A stretch of 64,000 nucleotides of DNA, taken from an uncultured Verrucomicrobiae bacterium. Its GTDB lineage: Bacteria > Verrucomicrobiota > Verrucomicrobiia > Chthoniobacterales > UBA10450. The translations under genes were made by a program, and so were the position numbers. This document shows, one piece after another, positions 47,845 through 58,909 of the stretch. Position 1 is the stretch's first letter; each line of letters begins with the position of its first letter. The notes beneath the pieces are model-generated. The model was given only the letters and a program-made list of their open reading frames with translations. It was not told where the DNA came from and did no database searches. The DNA lies in assembly GCA_963801815.1 (NCBI GenBank), contig CAWDGJ010000002.1, forward strand, positions 736,001-800,000, read 5' to 3'.

Positions 47845-48162
47845 TTATCTCGGTCCAAGCTGCGTCAGACCTTGCTCGAGCTCGCTTAAAGAGAGGCGAA
47901 TCCTGCGGGGATATTTCTCAATCCAACGCTCGGAAATCTGCTTGAGCGGGGCGGGATTTAGGTAATGGAGTTTTGCGCGACCGCGCCACAATGGAACGAC
48001 CAGCCCCGCGTTGATCAACAGGCTCAGGTGCTTGCTAATTCCCTGCCGGGTCATGGCGAGGTGCCGGCAGAGCTCATTGAGAGTCTGACCGTTGTCTTGG
48101 TGAAGTTGATCGAGCAAGGCGCGGCGACTTGGGTCGGCCAGCGCTTTGAAGACGTCATTCAT
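47845..48162 (-). CDS. ArsR/SmtB family transcriptional regulator
   Basis: VFKALADPSRRALL, MTRQGISKHL, GRAKLHYLNP. Confidence 0.9.
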   Translation of the reverse strand: MNDVFKALADPSRRALLDQLHQDNGQTLNELCRHLAMTRQGISKHLSLLINAGLVVPLWRGRAKLHYLNPAPLKQISERWIEKYPRRIRLSLSELEQGLTQLGPR

Positions 48163-48163
48163 T

Positions 48164-48193
48164 AGAATATGCAACCAAACGGTTGCATATTCT
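48164..48193. promoter_or_regulatory. Probable ArsR autoregulatory operator
   Basis: Perfect 13-4-13 inverted repeat AGAATATGCAACC-AAAC-GGTTGCATATTCT abutting the start codon. Confidence 0.75.
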
Positions 48194-48270
48194 TTCCAAC
48201 CAGGCAAATGATGCGGGCTACACAGGCGCTAGTCGATGAATCAACTAGCGAACGACCGGACCGAGTCGGA

Positions 48271-49266
48271 TCAGGTCTTCTTTAGGTAGAGCGTGCGCGT
48301 GCCGAAGTCGATAATGCCGTGATGCCGGTTGAGTATTTCGGCACCAAGCAATCCAACCGCTGGCGGAGAGAGCTGCAACGCTTCGTGCAAAATGCCGCCT
48401 AGATCGATCACGCCTACATCATTCCTGCCAATGTCGACGACGCCAACCGACAGTTTCCGAATCCGGGCAACGTCCAAGTCTTCTTCCTTGAGATTGATCG
48501 CCGCTGACGCTAACCGCGTCTGTTCGGTCGGAATGTGCAAACGACGGACGAAAGGCCTATGCAAAAGCGTCGCGAAGGCGCCAGTATCTACCATCAGTCG
48601 GGCTTGCGAACCGTTAACCAGACCATCGACGTACAAATTGGAACCGTCGGTCACAAACATCGGCACTTTTTGAAAACCACGGAAATCGAGACCGGGCACG
48701 GGAAGGGGTTGGTCCGGCTGAAGGTTTAGGATCAGAAGTTGTCGCTGGCAATCCAGGACGGCCCTGCTGGCAAAAAGAACATCGGTCCCAAGAATTCCAT
48801 CCGCCTGTTGTTCGTGCAGACTGCGCGCGAGGTGGCGTGGCCCGCTCAGGTCGGCGGAGATCGCGGGCAGCTCTCCTACAGTCAGTCCACCGAGGCGCAG
48901 TGTGTGCGCCATCACTAAACGATTGTAGGAACCGTTGACCCTGACCCGCGCGGGATATTTGGAATCGGCAGGGACCTCGCTCACCCCAAAATGGCTGCGT
49001 CGCTTTGAAGCGATAACCGTCCCCGGCGATCCGCTGTCAACGATCAGCAACGCCGGCTTACCATTGATCCAGGCATGGACGAGCAAATGATTTTGTCGGG
49101 AGCGCTCCAGTGGAAGCGCTTCGAACTGGGCAGCTTGTCGCTCGGCCAAAGATCCAGCACGCGCCGAAGCCGCAAACAATGCCGAAGGTACTGAAACACC
49201 GATCCCGCAAACGATCGGCAAAATGACACGCGTCCCCCACAAAAGAAGTCGGCCCCTGGAAATCAC
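48271..49266 (-). CDS. Secreted tandem retropepsin-like aspartyl protease
   Basis: LIVDSGS ..GILG and LMVDTGA ..GLLG. Confidence 0.8.
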   Translation of the reverse strand: MISRGRLLLWGTRVILPIVCGIGVSVPSALFAASARAGSLAERQAAQFEALPLERSRQNHLLVHAWINGKPALLIVDSGSPGTVIASKRRSHFGVSEVPADSKYPARVRVNGSYNRLVMAHTLRLGGLTVGELPAISADLSGPRHLARSLHEQQADGILGTDVLFASRAVLDCQRQLLILNLQPDQPLPVPGLDFRGFQKVPMFVTDGSNLYVDGLVNGSQARLMVDTGAFATLLHRPFVRRLHIPTEQTRLASAAINLKEEDLDVARIRKLSVGVVDIGRNDVGVIDLGGILHEALQLSPPAVGLLGAEILNRHHGIIDFGTRTLYLKKT

Positions 49267-49412
49267 GCGCCCGAGACTACCATCTTTCCCAGAATGCGGA
49301 AATGAATTCTGCTGACGGCCTAATTCGAGAAAGGATGCCGCCCAGCTTTTTGGCGTTGCCCGATTCGACCCGGTAAGATTAACTCTCCGCGACTCCGAGC
49401 GCTCTTAAGACC

Positions 49413-50909
49413 GTGGATACCTCGACGACCTCGCCCCCCGCAGCCGACCAGAAATTCGTCAGGGGCCTCGGCTTGCTTGATTCGACCATGCTCGTCGCGG
49501 GATCCATGATCGGCTCGGGGATCTTTATCGTATCCTCAATCATTGGCCGGCAAGTCGGCGCGCCTGGCTGGCTGCTCATCGTTTGGATCGTGACCGGATT
49601 GCTGACGCTGATGGCCGCGCTCTCTTATGGCGAGCTTGCCGCGATGATGCCGAAAGCGGGCGGGCAATATGTGTATTTGCGCGAGGCGTTCTCGCCGCTG
49701 TGGGGATTCCTTTATGGTTGGACACTCTTCCTCGTCATTCAAACTGGAACGATTGCCGCGGTCGCGGTCGGGTTTGCGCGCTACACCGGTGTTTTGATTC
49801 CATGGTTTTCGGAATCGAACTACCTGGTCGCGCCGGTGCGTTTTGGGAGTTACGCATTCTCGCTTTCCACCGCGCAGTTTCTTGGTCTGGCAATGATCGC
49901 GCTCCTGACATACATGAACACGCGCGGACTAAATTTGGGCAAGCTGGTCCAGAACATTTTCACAACGGCCAAGACCGGAGCGCTGATCGCGCTCATCGTG
50001 CTTGGAATTGTGGTTGGAGTGAAATCGGGCGCCGGCGCGGAAAATTTCCACAACTTTTGGGGTCTGCGCGGCGGATTACAGGAAGTCGGCGCGGGACTGA
50101 CCGCTGCAACCGCGTTTGGACTTTTTGTCGGCATCTGCGTGGCCCAAACCAATTCACTTTTTTCGGCGGATGCCTGGAACAACATCACCTTCACCGCCGG
50201 CGAAGTGAAAGAACCGCGGCGCAACATTCCGCTCTCCCTCGCGTTTGGAACGTTTCTCGTGATCGGACTTTATTTGCTAGCGAACGTTGCCTATTTGGCG
50301 ACGCTTCCATTCGCGGCGATCCAGAACGCGCCAAGCGATCGGGTCGCATCTGAGACGGCCAACGTAATTTTTCCCGGAGCCGGCGCGACGATCATGGCTG
50401 TGGCGATCATGATTTCGACATTTGGCTGTAACAACGGTCTTATTCTCGCCGGCGCGCGCGCGTATTACGCGATGGCCCGCGACGGTCTTTTCTTCCGGCG
50501 AGTAGGCGAGTTAAACAAAAATCACGTTCCGGCGTGGGGCCTGATCATCCAGGGAATTTGGGCTGGCGTCCTTGTCTTGCCGCGCACAGTGAAAACGGAC
50601 GCCGCCGGAAATGTCACCGGGTACGGAAATCTTTACGGCAACCTGCTCGACTACGTAATTTCGGCCGCGCTGATTTTTTACATCCTGACAATCCTGGGAA
50701 TCTTCTTGCTGCGCAAAAAGCGACCCGACGCGGAACGTCCGTATAAAGCTTTCGGTTATCCGTTCGTCCCCGCGCTTTACATCGTGGGCGCGAGTATAAT
50801 CCTGGCTGTGCTCTTCATATATCAAACAGCGACGACGTGGCCCGGCCTCATCATCGTACTTACGGGCGTACCAATCTATTTTCTTTGGCGACAATCAAAG
50901 CCGGCTTAG
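49413..50909 (+). CDS. APC family amino-acid permease
   Basis: GSMIGSGIF, PKAGGQY, AGEVKEPRRNIP. Confidence 0.92.
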   Translation: MDTSTTSPPAADQKFVRGLGLLDSTMLVAGSMIGSGIFIVSSIIGRQVGAPGWLLIVWIVTGLLTLMAALSYGELAAMMPKAGGQYVYLREAFSPLWGFLYGWTLFLVIQTGTIAAVAVGFARYTGVLIPWFSESNYLVAPVRFGSYAFSLSTAQFLGLAMIALLTYMNTRGLNLGKLVQNIFTTAKTGALIALIVLGIVVGVKSGAGAENFHNFWGLRGGLQEVGAGLTAATAFGLFVGICVAQTNSLFSADAWNNITFTAGEVKEPRRNIPLSLAFGTFLVIGLYLLANVAYLATLPFAAIQNAPSDRVASETANVIFPGAGATIMAVAIMISTFGCNNGLILAGARAYYAMARDGLFFRRVGELNKNHVPAWGLIIQGIWAGVLVLPRTVKTDAAGNVTGYGNLYGNLLDYVISAALIFYILTILGIFLLRKKRPDAERPYKAFGYPFVPALYIVGASIILAVLFIYQTATTWPGLIIVLTGVPIYFLWRQSKPA

Positions 50910-50934
50910 TCACCGAAACAAGGAAACCTGACGA

Positions 50935-52443
50935 ATGGGCAATCTATTCAAGAGAAAACCGCTTGATCGGTTGATGGCCGAAGCCGCGGAAGTTGGCGAG
51001 CATACTCTCAAACGTTCGTTAGGCTGGGTGAACCTGGTTGCCCTCGGAATTGGCGGAATCATCGGCGCAGGGTTGTTTGTTCGGACTGCGGCGGCCATTG
51101 CGGATCGAGCCGGCCCGTCAGTTGTCCTCGCGTTCATTGTCGCGGGCATTGGCTGCGCGTTTGCGGGACTCTGTTACGCGGAATTCGCGTCGATGATTCC
51201 GGTTGCAGGCAGCGCTTACACTTATTCGTACGCGACCATGGGCGAATTCATCGCCTGGATCATTGGCTGGGACCTTATTCTCGAATATGCCGTCGCCGCG
51301 GCCACGGTTTCGACTGCGTGGAGTGAGTATTTCAACCGAGTCCTCAGTTGGTTTCACTGCATGATTCCGTATCAATGGACCCATTCGCCATTCGAACATG
51401 ATCCGGGCGGCGTTTATGGAATCATGAATATCCCGGCGTTGCTAATTTTGTTCGCCCTTACGTTGTTGCTTATTCGAGGGACGAAAGAATCGGCGATGGT
51501 GAACGGAGTAATCGTCATCCTCAAGGTGAGCATCGTCCTGCTCTTTATCGGCATCGGCTGGCAATTTATTAACCCGGCAAATCACACACCGATGATTCCG
51601 GCACCGACAACTTACACGACGCCCCAGGGCATCACTCATAGTTACGGCGGCATCATGGGAATTCTCGGCGCCGCCGGGGTGGTGTTCTTCGCTTACATTG
51701 GTTTTGATGCCGTTTCGACTGCCGCTCAGGAGGCAAGAAATCCAAAACGTGACATGCCTATCGGAATCCTTGGCTCGCTCGTCTTCTGCACGATTCTCTA
51801 TGTGCTGTTCTCCTACGTCTTGAGCGGTGTCGCGACGGTCGGGGATTTTCGCGCCGCGGGACGTGAAGCGTCCGTCGCCTTCGCGATCAGCAAATACATG
51901 CACGGCTACGAATGGCTTTCAAAATCAGTCACGGTCGCAATTCTCGCCGGATTCTCGTCGGTTATTCTCGTGATGTTACTCGGCCAATCGCGCGTGTTCT
52001 TTTCCATGAGTCGCGATGGCCTGGTGCCCAAGATTTTCTCAGATGTGCATCCGCGTTACCGAACGCCCTACAAATCGAACATGTTATTTTTTGTTTTCAC
52101 CGGCCTCCTCGCCGCGTTTGTCCCGGCCGACGTCACCGGTGAAATGACCAGCATCGGAACATTGTTCGCGTTCATTCTCGTCTGCGCGGGAGTGTGGATC
52201 ATGCGCGTCCGGAGTCCCGAATTGGAACGCGGGTTCCGTGTTCCCGCAGCGCCTGTTGTTTGCACACTCGGAATCATTGTCTGCGGCGCGATGATTTACG
52301 GCCTGGGCTGGACCAATTGGATGCGATTGATTGTTTGGCTGGTGATCGGATTCGTTTTCTATTTCAGCTACGGCAAGAAACACAGCCGCCTTGATGCGCC
52401 CAAGCCCCCTGAAATGCCGGCGGGAATTGACCTGACTCGTTAG
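50935..52443 (+). CDS. APC family (CAT-like) amino-acid permease
   Basis: IIGAGLF, AGSAYTY, FFAYIGFD. Confidence 0.92.
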   Translation: MGNLFKRKPLDRLMAEAAEVGEHTLKRSLGWVNLVALGIGGIIGAGLFVRTAAAIADRAGPSVVLAFIVAGIGCAFAGLCYAEFASMIPVAGSAYTYSYATMGEFIAWIIGWDLILEYAVAAATVSTAWSEYFNRVLSWFHCMIPYQWTHSPFEHDPGGVYGIMNIPALLILFALTLLLIRGTKESAMVNGVIVILKVSIVLLFIGIGWQFINPANHTPMIPAPTTYTTPQGITHSYGGIMGILGAAGVVFFAYIGFDAVSTAAQEARNPKRDMPIGILGSLVFCTILYVLFSYVLSGVATVGDFRAAGREASVAFAISKYMHGYEWLSKSVTVAILAGFSSVILVMLLGQSRVFFSMSRDGLVPKIFSDVHPRYRTPYKSNMLFFVFTGLLAAFVPADVTGEMTSIGTLFAFILVCAGVWIMRVRSPELERGFRVPAAPVVCTLGIIVCGAMIYGLGWTNWMRLIVWLVIGFVFYFSYGKKHSRLDAPKPPEMPAGIDLTR

Positions 52444-52445
52444 GC

Positions 52446-53234
52446 CTAACTCCAGCTGCTCTCGCTGAAGCCGTTCATCGGACTGGTTGCGCCACGCCCC
52501 AGAAGAGCTTCGGCGCGTCGACGCAGGGCCGCTCCATTTTCTCGAGCAACGAACACACGCCGCGCGGCTGCGAGTTCGTCAGGCGACAAATTCATCGCCC
52601 GCAAAATTTCCCAGTCTTGTTCCGTCAAAAGGGCGCGATCCTCCTCACTTACGGCGCGTTGTTCCAGACGCGAAATCATTTCGCTAAGGGCGTTCGTGTT
52701 TGGAGCGCGGGAAAGATCGATCAGCCGTTGAAAGCTGAGATGGAACGGAATCGTCGCAACATCGACATTCTGGCTGGTAGCAACGCGCTCAGCGGGGGTG
52801 GTCACTTGCTCGGAAGTCGTCACGGAGTTCCATACGTTTTCAGGCTGATAATAACCAATCTCCACCCGGTAATCCGCCCGCGGTTCCGAGACGGTTAAAT
52901 AGCAATTGCCGGCCAGGGGCTCGACCGCTTCCGACGTTTCTTCTGAGCCGTCAGGGCGATGAACACGCAAATGCACCTGTCGATCCACCGGAGCGGTGTT
53001 CTCGAAAATAACGGACCAATCAATGTTCCAATAAACAAAAAGTGTTTTCGGATCACGCGCGATCGCAAACAAAAGCGGCGCACCATAAACGCGCGGCAAT
53101 TCAATCGCATCCGAGAACTCGGACGGTACTTTGGCGTCACTCCTCGCCAGCCGAACCACCGGCCCATTCGACACCCGGTATCCCTGCGGTCCGGTCACGC
53201 GCGAATTAGATTCGTTGATTGCTTTTTCAGACAT
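52446..53234 (-). CDS. DUF4912 domain protein
   Basis: ELPRVYG..LFAIARDPKTLFVYW; YRVEIG. Confidence 0.75.
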   Translation of the reverse strand: MSEKAINESNSRVTGPQGYRVSNGPVVRLARSDAKVPSEFSDAIELPRVYGAPLLFAIARDPKTLFVYWNIDWSVIFENTAPVDRQVHLRVHRPDGSEETSEAVEPLAGNCYLTVSEPRADYRVEIGYYQPENVWNSVTTSEQVTTPAERVATSQNVDVATIPFHLSFQRLIDLSRAPNTNALSEMISRLEQRAVSEEDRALLTEQDWEILRAMNLSPDELAAARRVFVARENGAALRRRAEALLGRGATSPMNGFSESSWS

Positions 53235-53338
53235 CTCTTTATCTGGGATAAAATCGCCGGAAATCGAACAAACAGAAAGCGGAATTTGCGCCAGATCGCA
53301 GAACATTGACAGTCGATTTGCCCATTTTGCGACGACTT

Positions 53339-54217
53339 GTGAAGCCTTACATCATTTTCAATCCGAATGCCGGCTCGGTTGGCGATCGGGAAATTGCCAT
53401 AGCGCGGCTCCAGGAGCTTAAGCCAACTGCTTTGCGCATAACTCGAAGGTCCGGAGACGCAGAACGGTGGGCGCGAAAAGCTCGTGCTTCCAAGGCAAGA
53501 CACATTGTGGTCGCCGGCGGCGATGGAACATTGAATGAAGTGGTTAACGGTGTCGGCGTGGGGGCGAAAAGTCTTCGCATCGGACTCGTCCCGCTTGGAA
53601 CCGGCAACGATTTTGCACGCACGCTGGGACTCCCTTCCTCTATTGACGATAACATCGACATTCTTCGCTCGGGCAAAGCGCGCTGGATCGACATTGTTAG
53701 AGTGACGAGCAGACGGAACCGTTATTTTGTGAATGTTTCTGCCGGCGGCTTCAGCGGCCTCGTGAATGAGAAAATGACGCCTGAGATCAAACGAACGTGG
53801 GGACCTTTAGCCTACGTTCGCGGGGCGGCCGCGGCCTTGCCGAAACTCCACGCCTACAAGACTGAAATCTTGTTCGATGATAGCGAACGATTATCCATCG
53901 ACCTTTACAATGTGGTCGTCGCAAATGGCCGGTTCGTTGCCGGCGGATTGCCGATTGCGCCAATGGCTGATCCCGCTGATGGAAAACTCGAGGTCGTCCT
54001 GGTTCCAAAGCTCGGCCCCGCTGAAATAGCATTGCTGGCCGCTGAAATCATTTTAGGTAAACATCTCTCGAGCAATGCAACCATATTTCGACAAGCCCGA
54101 AAGGTCGCGGTTCGATCGCGCCCAGGAATGTGGTTCAATGTCGACGGCGAACTGGTCGGTAACGCACCGACTGTATTTCAAATTATGCCACGCGCGCTAA
54201 ACTTCATCGTTAAGTGA
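53339..54217 (+). CDS. Diacylglycerol/lipid kinase (YegS/BmrU family)
   Basis: FNPNAG, AGGDGTLNEV, PLGTGNDFAR, NVDGE. Confidence 0.92.
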   Translation: MKPYIIFNPNAGSVGDREIAIARLQELKPTALRITRRSGDAERWARKARASKARHIVVAGGDGTLNEVVNGVGVGAKSLRIGLVPLGTGNDFARTLGLPSSIDDNIDILRSGKARWIDIVRVTSRRNRYFVNVSAGGFSGLVNEKMTPEIKRTWGPLAYVRGAAAALPKLHAYKTEILFDDSERLSIDLYNVVVANGRFVAGGLPIAPMADPADGKLEVVLVPKLGPAEIALLAAEIILGKHLSSNATIFRQARKVAVRSRPGMWFNVDGELVGNAPTVFQIMPRALNFIVK

Positions 54218-54702
54218 CAAGATCAAAGATAGTACCGCTGAATGAATTGACCGGGCGCGTTAAGAAACTGCGCGCCAAAGGAAAAAGAATCGTCGCCACC
54301 AACGGCTGCTTCGATTTGCTCCACGTTGGACACGTTCGCTACTTAGAGTCCGCTCGCGCGCGAGGAGACGTGCTGGTTGTTGGCGTAAACGGAGATCAAT
54401 CAGTTTGCAAATTAAAGGGTCCCGGGCGGCCGATTAACAATGAAAGCGACAGGGCCGCCGTTCTCGCGGCGCTCGACTCGGTTGATTTGGTGATAATCTT
54501 TCCGGAGCTGCGCGCGACGCGATTCATCGAACTCGCGGCGCCGGATGTTTACGTGAAAGGCGGCGATTATACTTCTGAGACGCTTAATACCGAGGAACGA
54601 ACGGCGCTTCAGAAAATCGGTTCTAAAATCGAGATCCTGCCTTTTGAAAAAGGCTACTCGACTTCGGGACTGTTGGAAAAACTTCGGGGAAATAATAAAT
54701 GA
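54214..54702 (+). CDS. rfaE2: Heptose 1-phosphate adenylyltransferase (RfaE domain II)
   Basis: TNGCFDLLHVGH, LKGPGRP, YVKGGDY, GYSTS. Confidence 0.88.
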   Translation: MTRSKIVPLNELTGRVKKLRAKGKRIVATNGCFDLLHVGHVRYLESARARGDVLVVGVNGDQSVCKLKGPGRPINNESDRAAVLAALDSVDLVIIFPELRATRFIELAAPDVYVKGGDYTSETLNTEERTALQKIGSKIEILPFEKGYSTSGLLEKLRGNNK

Positions 54703-55286
54703 AGCAGCTCGGTCTGGGAATTCTCGGGTCGGGCAAAGGATCAAATTGTCGCGCAATTCTGGAGAGCATCCGGGCGGGAACGTTGGCGGCGCACGCCCGG
54801 GTCGTGATTTCCGATGTCTTGACCGCGCCGATACTAGAAATCGCGCATGAATTTTCCGTCCCGAACGCGTATCTCCCGCCGGGGCAATTTCGTACCCGAC
54901 TGGAGCCGGGCGTCGAAGCGGAACTGGTCCGAATGCTACGCGCGGCGGATGTCGATCTGGTCGTTCTCGCCGGCTTCATGCGAGTCCTCAAATCAACGAT
55001 CCTCGAGGCGTTTCGACATCGAATCATCAACATTCATCCATCGCTTCTACCGAAGTTTCCGGGACTGGAAGCCTGGAAACAAGCGCTGGCAGCCGGCGAA
55101 TCCGTTACGGGATGTACCGTGCATTATGTCGACGAGAAAATAGACCACGGTGATATCATCGCTCAGCGCGAAGTCCCTATTTTGCCTAACGACTCTGCGG
55201 AAAGTTTGCACGCACGAATCCAGATAGCCGAGCACGAACTTTATCCCGCAGTCATCGCGCAATTGTGCGCCCAGCATTCTTCCTAA
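54699..55286 (+). CDS. purN: Phosphoribosylglycinamide formyltransferase
   Basis: SGKGSN, LAGFMR, INIHPSLLP, GCTVHYV. Confidence 0.95.
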   Translation: MKQLGLGILGSGKGSNCRAILESIRAGTLAAHARVVISDVLTAPILEIAHEFSVPNAYLPPGQFRTRLEPGVEAELVRMLRAADVDLVVLAGFMRVLKSTILEAFRHRIINIHPSLLPKFPGLEAWKQALAAGESVTGCTVHYVDEKIDHGDIIAQREVPILPNDSAESLHARIQIAEHELYPAVIAQLCAQHSS

Positions 55287-56284
55287 CCGCGCTCCGCTTT
55301 TTGATCGCGAGCCAGCAAATCTTCCATCGCGCGAACGGCAGGTTTGGCTTGATGAACCAGGGCATAGACTTCGTCGATCACTGGAGTATCAACGTTTAAT
55401 TTACGGGCACATTCGTAAGCACTTTTTGAGGTAGGAATGCCTTCGGCGATCGTTTGCATCGACGAGGTAATTTCGTCCAGGGGTTGGCCTCTTCCGAGCT
55501 GTTCGCCGACGCGGCGATTGCGACTCAGTTGACTAAAGCAGGTCGCGACGAGATCTCCGGCACCGCTTAATCCGTAGAAGGTTCGTGCGTCCGCGCCCAT
55601 TTTCGTGCCGAGCCGGATCATCTCCGCCAGTGAGCGCGTCACCAGCGCCGCTTTCGAATTGTCGCCCAACCCGAGTCCGTCGCCAGCGCCCGCCGCAATG
55701 GCGAAAATATTTTTTAGCGCTCCGCCAAGCTCGATTCCAGTCAGCTCCTCGCCGGTGTAAATCCGGAAACGTGGCGTGCCCAAATACTGTTGCAATTCGG
55801 TTGCCCGCGCCGGATCCGTGCAAGCCAATACAGTCGCGGTCGGGAGTTCGCGCGAAACTTCGATCGCGAGATTTGGTCCGGAAAGTACGGCCACGGCCTG
55901 CTCTGGATAGATTTCAGTCAGGATTTCGCTCATGCGCTTGCCTGTGCCGTGTTCGATGCCCTTTACGCAACTGAGAAGGACCGCGTCACTCTTGCTGACA
56001 AACGGACGCAATCGGTCGGCAACTTCTCGTAGCGCCGTAGACGGCGTAACGAAAACAATCAAATCGGCATCGGCGCAGTCTCTCAGTTCACTCGTTAGGC
56101 CGACTGATTTTGGGAGCGTCGCGCCTGGAAGATAAATCCTGTTCTCGCGTCGCTGTCGGATCTCTTCGACACGCGACGCGTCATTCCCCCAGAGCAAGAC
56201 TGTGTGTCCTCGGTTTGCCCAAATTAACGACAATGCGGTACCCCAACCGCCAGCTCCAATGACTGCGATTCGTTCCAATTTCAC
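55283..56284 (-). CDS. gpsA: NAD(P)H-dependent glycerol-3-phosphate dehydrogenase
   Basis: GAGGWGT, LSGPN, GGALKN, GDLVATC..SRN. Confidence 0.95.
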   Translation of the reverse strand: MKLERIAVIGAGGWGTALSLIWANRGHTVLLWGNDASRVEEIRQRRENRIYLPGATLPKSVGLTSELRDCADADLIVFVTPSTALREVADRLRPFVSKSDAVLLSCVKGIEHGTGKRMSEILTEIYPEQAVAVLSGPNLAIEVSRELPTATVLACTDPARATELQQYLGTPRFRIYTGEELTGIELGGALKNIFAIAAGAGDGLGLGDNSKAALVTRSLAEMIRLGTKMGADARTFYGLSGAGDLVATCFSQLSRNRRVGEQLGRGQPLDEITSSMQTIAEGIPTSKSAYECARKLNVDTPVIDEVYALVHQAKPAVRAMEDLLARDQKAERG

Positions 56285-56907
56285 TTGCGAGGGAAGCGTG
56301 GCTCTGTGCCACTGAGCAGACGCGACATGTTAGATCGGTGGCGAATGACGACAATCGCCCCGAGGCACAACGAAAAATAAACCAGGACCGGCGATTGCAA
56401 TTGATGCAAAAACAGCAATGCGATCATCGCCACCGGCAGCGCGATCGCAGCCGCAATCGAAGCCACGGAAACATAGCGCGTAATCTTGAAGAGGACGATC
56501 CACACCGCGCACATGATTACCGCGGCTATCCAACTAATGCCAAAAATAACGCCGAGAGACGTCGCAACTCCCTTGCCACCCTTAAAGGCAAGCCATACGG
56601 GAAAACTGTGGCCGAGTACCGAAAAAATTCCACCGAGCGCCACGCAAAAATCAGCGGCAATTGAATCGAAGTGGCAACGATGCGCAATTGCACCTGCAAG
56701 CAAAACGGCAACCAGACCTTTGAGAAAGTCCACCAGGAACACCGGATACCCGAATTGTTTACCCAGGATGCGGGTTACATTTGTTGCGCCCACATTTCCG
56801 CTGCCGACCTTTCGCATATCGACCCCGCGCAAACGGCCGACAACGTAGCCGGAGGGAAAAGATCCAAGCAGGTAAGCGATCAAGCCGATGCTGACAAAGC
56901 AAAGCAT
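56281..56907 (-). CDS. plsY: Glycerol-3-phosphate acyltransferase PlsY
   Basis: GSGNVGATN, FKGGKGVAT, RHRSN. Confidence 0.95.
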   Translation of the reverse strand: MLCFVSIGLIAYLLGSFPSGYVVGRLRGVDMRKVGSGNVGATNVTRILGKQFGYPVFLVDFLKGLVAVLLAGAIAHRCHFDSIAADFCVALGGIFSVLGHSFPVWLAFKGGKGVATSLGVIFGISWIAAVIMCAVWIVLFKITRYVSVASIAAAIALPVAMIALLFLHQLQSPVLVYFSLCLGAIVVIRHRSNMSRLLSGTEPRFPRK

Positions 56908-56915
56908 TGGTTAGG

Positions 56916-58814
56916 CTAATGAGTTGGGGATTCGGTAGCGCGGCCGTGTCCAATATATAAAGTATTCCGAATAAGCCAGATATGCAAAATTGAAACGTCG
57001 GCCGACGTCACTCCACTCAGGCGTGCAGCATCCCCTAATGATGTTGGACGGATTTTGCGGAGTTTTTGCCGGGCTTCGGAACTCAAGCCGGTAACCGTGT
57101 CGAAATCGAAGCCGTCTGGAATTCTTTGAAGGCGGCTCTTTTCCAATTCCTTGTTCTGATGAGTCTGCCGATGCGAATAACCCTCGTACTTAATCTCCGT
57201 TTCAATGAGCTCCCAGATTTCCATTGGGGCTGCGGCTCGTAATTGCTCCGGCAAATCGGAGGATCCAAACTCGTGGCGTCTTAGTAATTGACTGGTGGGC
57301 ACGCCGCCGACTCTTATCTGGCTCGCCAACTCGCGACACTTCTCAAGCAATTGTATTTTCTCCTGAAAATATGCCCATCGATCTTGACTGATCAGCCCAA
57401 GTTCGAAGGCCCGTGGAGTAAGACGCCGATCGGCATTATCGTGCCGCAAGTGGAGTCGCTCCTCTGCGCGACTGCTGAACATTCGATAAGGTTCTTCAGT
57501 GCCCTTTGTGACGAGATCATCGACTAAGACGCCGATGTACGCCTCGTTGCGATTTAAAGTGAACGAGGGCCGGCCTTGAACGGCCAAGGCAGCGTTAGTT
57601 CCGGCAACCCAACCTTGCGCTGCGGCTTCCTCGTAGCCCGAGGTACCATTGACCTGGCCGGCAAAATAAACACCGCGGACCAATTTCGTTTCAAGCGTAT
57701 GCCGAAGCTGAGTGGGTGGAAAATAGTCATACTCGACGGCATAGCCTGGTCGCATTATTTCGGCTCGCTCCAAAGCGGGAATCGAATGGACGAACTCCAG
57801 CTGCACATCGTAAGGCAGACTGGTAGAAATCCCGTTAACGTAATACTCCTCGCTATGTCGCCCCTCCGGCTCCAAGAAAAGCTGATGACTCTCCCTGTGA
57901 GCAAACTTTACGACTTTATCCTCAATTGACGGACAGTAACGCGGCCCCGTACCTTCTATTCGACCGGCATAAAGTGGCGACCGGTGAAGGTTCTTTTTAA
58001 TAATCTCCCGGGTTTCAGCGGTCGTCTGAGTGATCCAACAGGGGAGTTGTTCCACGTGGAACTCCGTCCTCGAGACTTGATTTAAGGTAAAAATATCGCC
58101 CCCCGCTTTCACCTCGTCCGCCCCCCAGAACGAGAAGCGGGGCGGTGGCTCGTCTCCGGATTGGATCTGACAACGGGCAAAGTCGATCGAGCGACCATTT
58201 AGGCGACATGGGGTGCCCGTCTTAAAGCGTCCCACTTCGAACCCCAGCTTTTTGAGATTGGCGCTCAGTCCGGAACTGGCGTCGGCCATTCTTCCGCCTG
58301 GCTTGCTATTTTCACCAACGTGCAGCAGTCCCCGCAGAAATGTGCCGGCCGTAACGATCACGCTCTCGCCATTTATAGTGAGGCCTAAGTCAGTCTCGAC
58401 GCCGGTCACTCTGCCATCGGAAACAAGCACCTTGGAAACTGTGGCCTGCTTCAAATCCAATCCGGGTGTCCGCTCGAGGATCGCCTTCATTCGAAATTGG
58501 TACGCTTTCTTGTCGCACTGGACTCGCGGCGCGCGCACTGCCGGTCCTTTGGATTTGTTCAACATTCGAAATTGAATGCCTGTGGCATCGGCGTTTAGAC
58601 CCATCGCTCCACCAAGCGCGTCAATCTCTCGAACTATTTGGCCTTTGGCTAACCCGCCGATTGCAGGATTGCATGACATCTGGCCAATCGTGTCCAGATT
58701 TTGAGTTAACATCAGGGTGCGACATCCAAGCCCGGCCGACGCAAGTGCCGCCTCGATTCCGGCGTGACCGCTACCCACGACAATCACATCATAGTGAGTA
58801 GGTAGCTTAAACAT
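56916..58814 (-). CDS. mnmG: tRNA modification enzyme MnmG (GidA)
   Basis: [40 protein letters not shown]. Confidence 0.97.
   Translation of the reverse strand: MFKLPTHYDVIVVGSGHAGIEAALASAGLGCRTLMLTQNLDTIGQMSCNPAIGGLAKGQIVREIDALGGAMGLNADATGIQFRMLNKSKGPAVRAPRVQCDKKAYQFRMKAILERTPGLDLKQATVSKVLVSDGRVTGVETDLGLTINGESVIVTAGTFLRGLLHVGENSKPGGRMADASSGLSANLKKLGFEVGRFKTGTPCRLNGRSIDFARCQIQSGDEPPPRFSFWGADEVKAGGDIFTLNQVSRTEFHVEQLPCWITQTTAETREIIKKNLHRSPLYAGRIEGTGPRYCPSIEDKVVKFAHRESHQLFLEPEGRHSEEYYVNGISTSLPYDVQLEFVHSIPALERAEIMRPGYAVEYDYFPPTQLRHTLETKLVRGVYFAGQVNGTSGYEEAAAQGWVAGTNAALAVQGRPSFTLNRNEAYIGVLVDDLVTKGTEEPYRMFSSRAEERLHLRHDNADRRLTPRAFELGLISQDRWAYFQEKIQLLEKCRELASQIRVGGVPTSQLLRRHEFGSSDLPEQLRAAAPMEIWELIETEIKYEGYSHRQTHQNKELEKSRLQRIPDGFDFDTVTGLSSEARQKLRKIRPTSLGDAARLSGVTSADVSILHIWLIRNTLYIGHGRATESPTH
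58048..58063. other. parS centromere-like site within mnmG
   Basis: TGTTCCACGTGGAACT, a near-perfect palindrome matching the bacterial parS consensus. Confidence 0.8.
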
Positions 58815-58909
58815 TAGGGCATTTTTCTAAGGTTCTTTGCTCGATCGTCAATCGGCAAATATTACGTAACATGCTTATGAACAAAGTGTTAACAAAACGT
58901 ACAAAGCTA

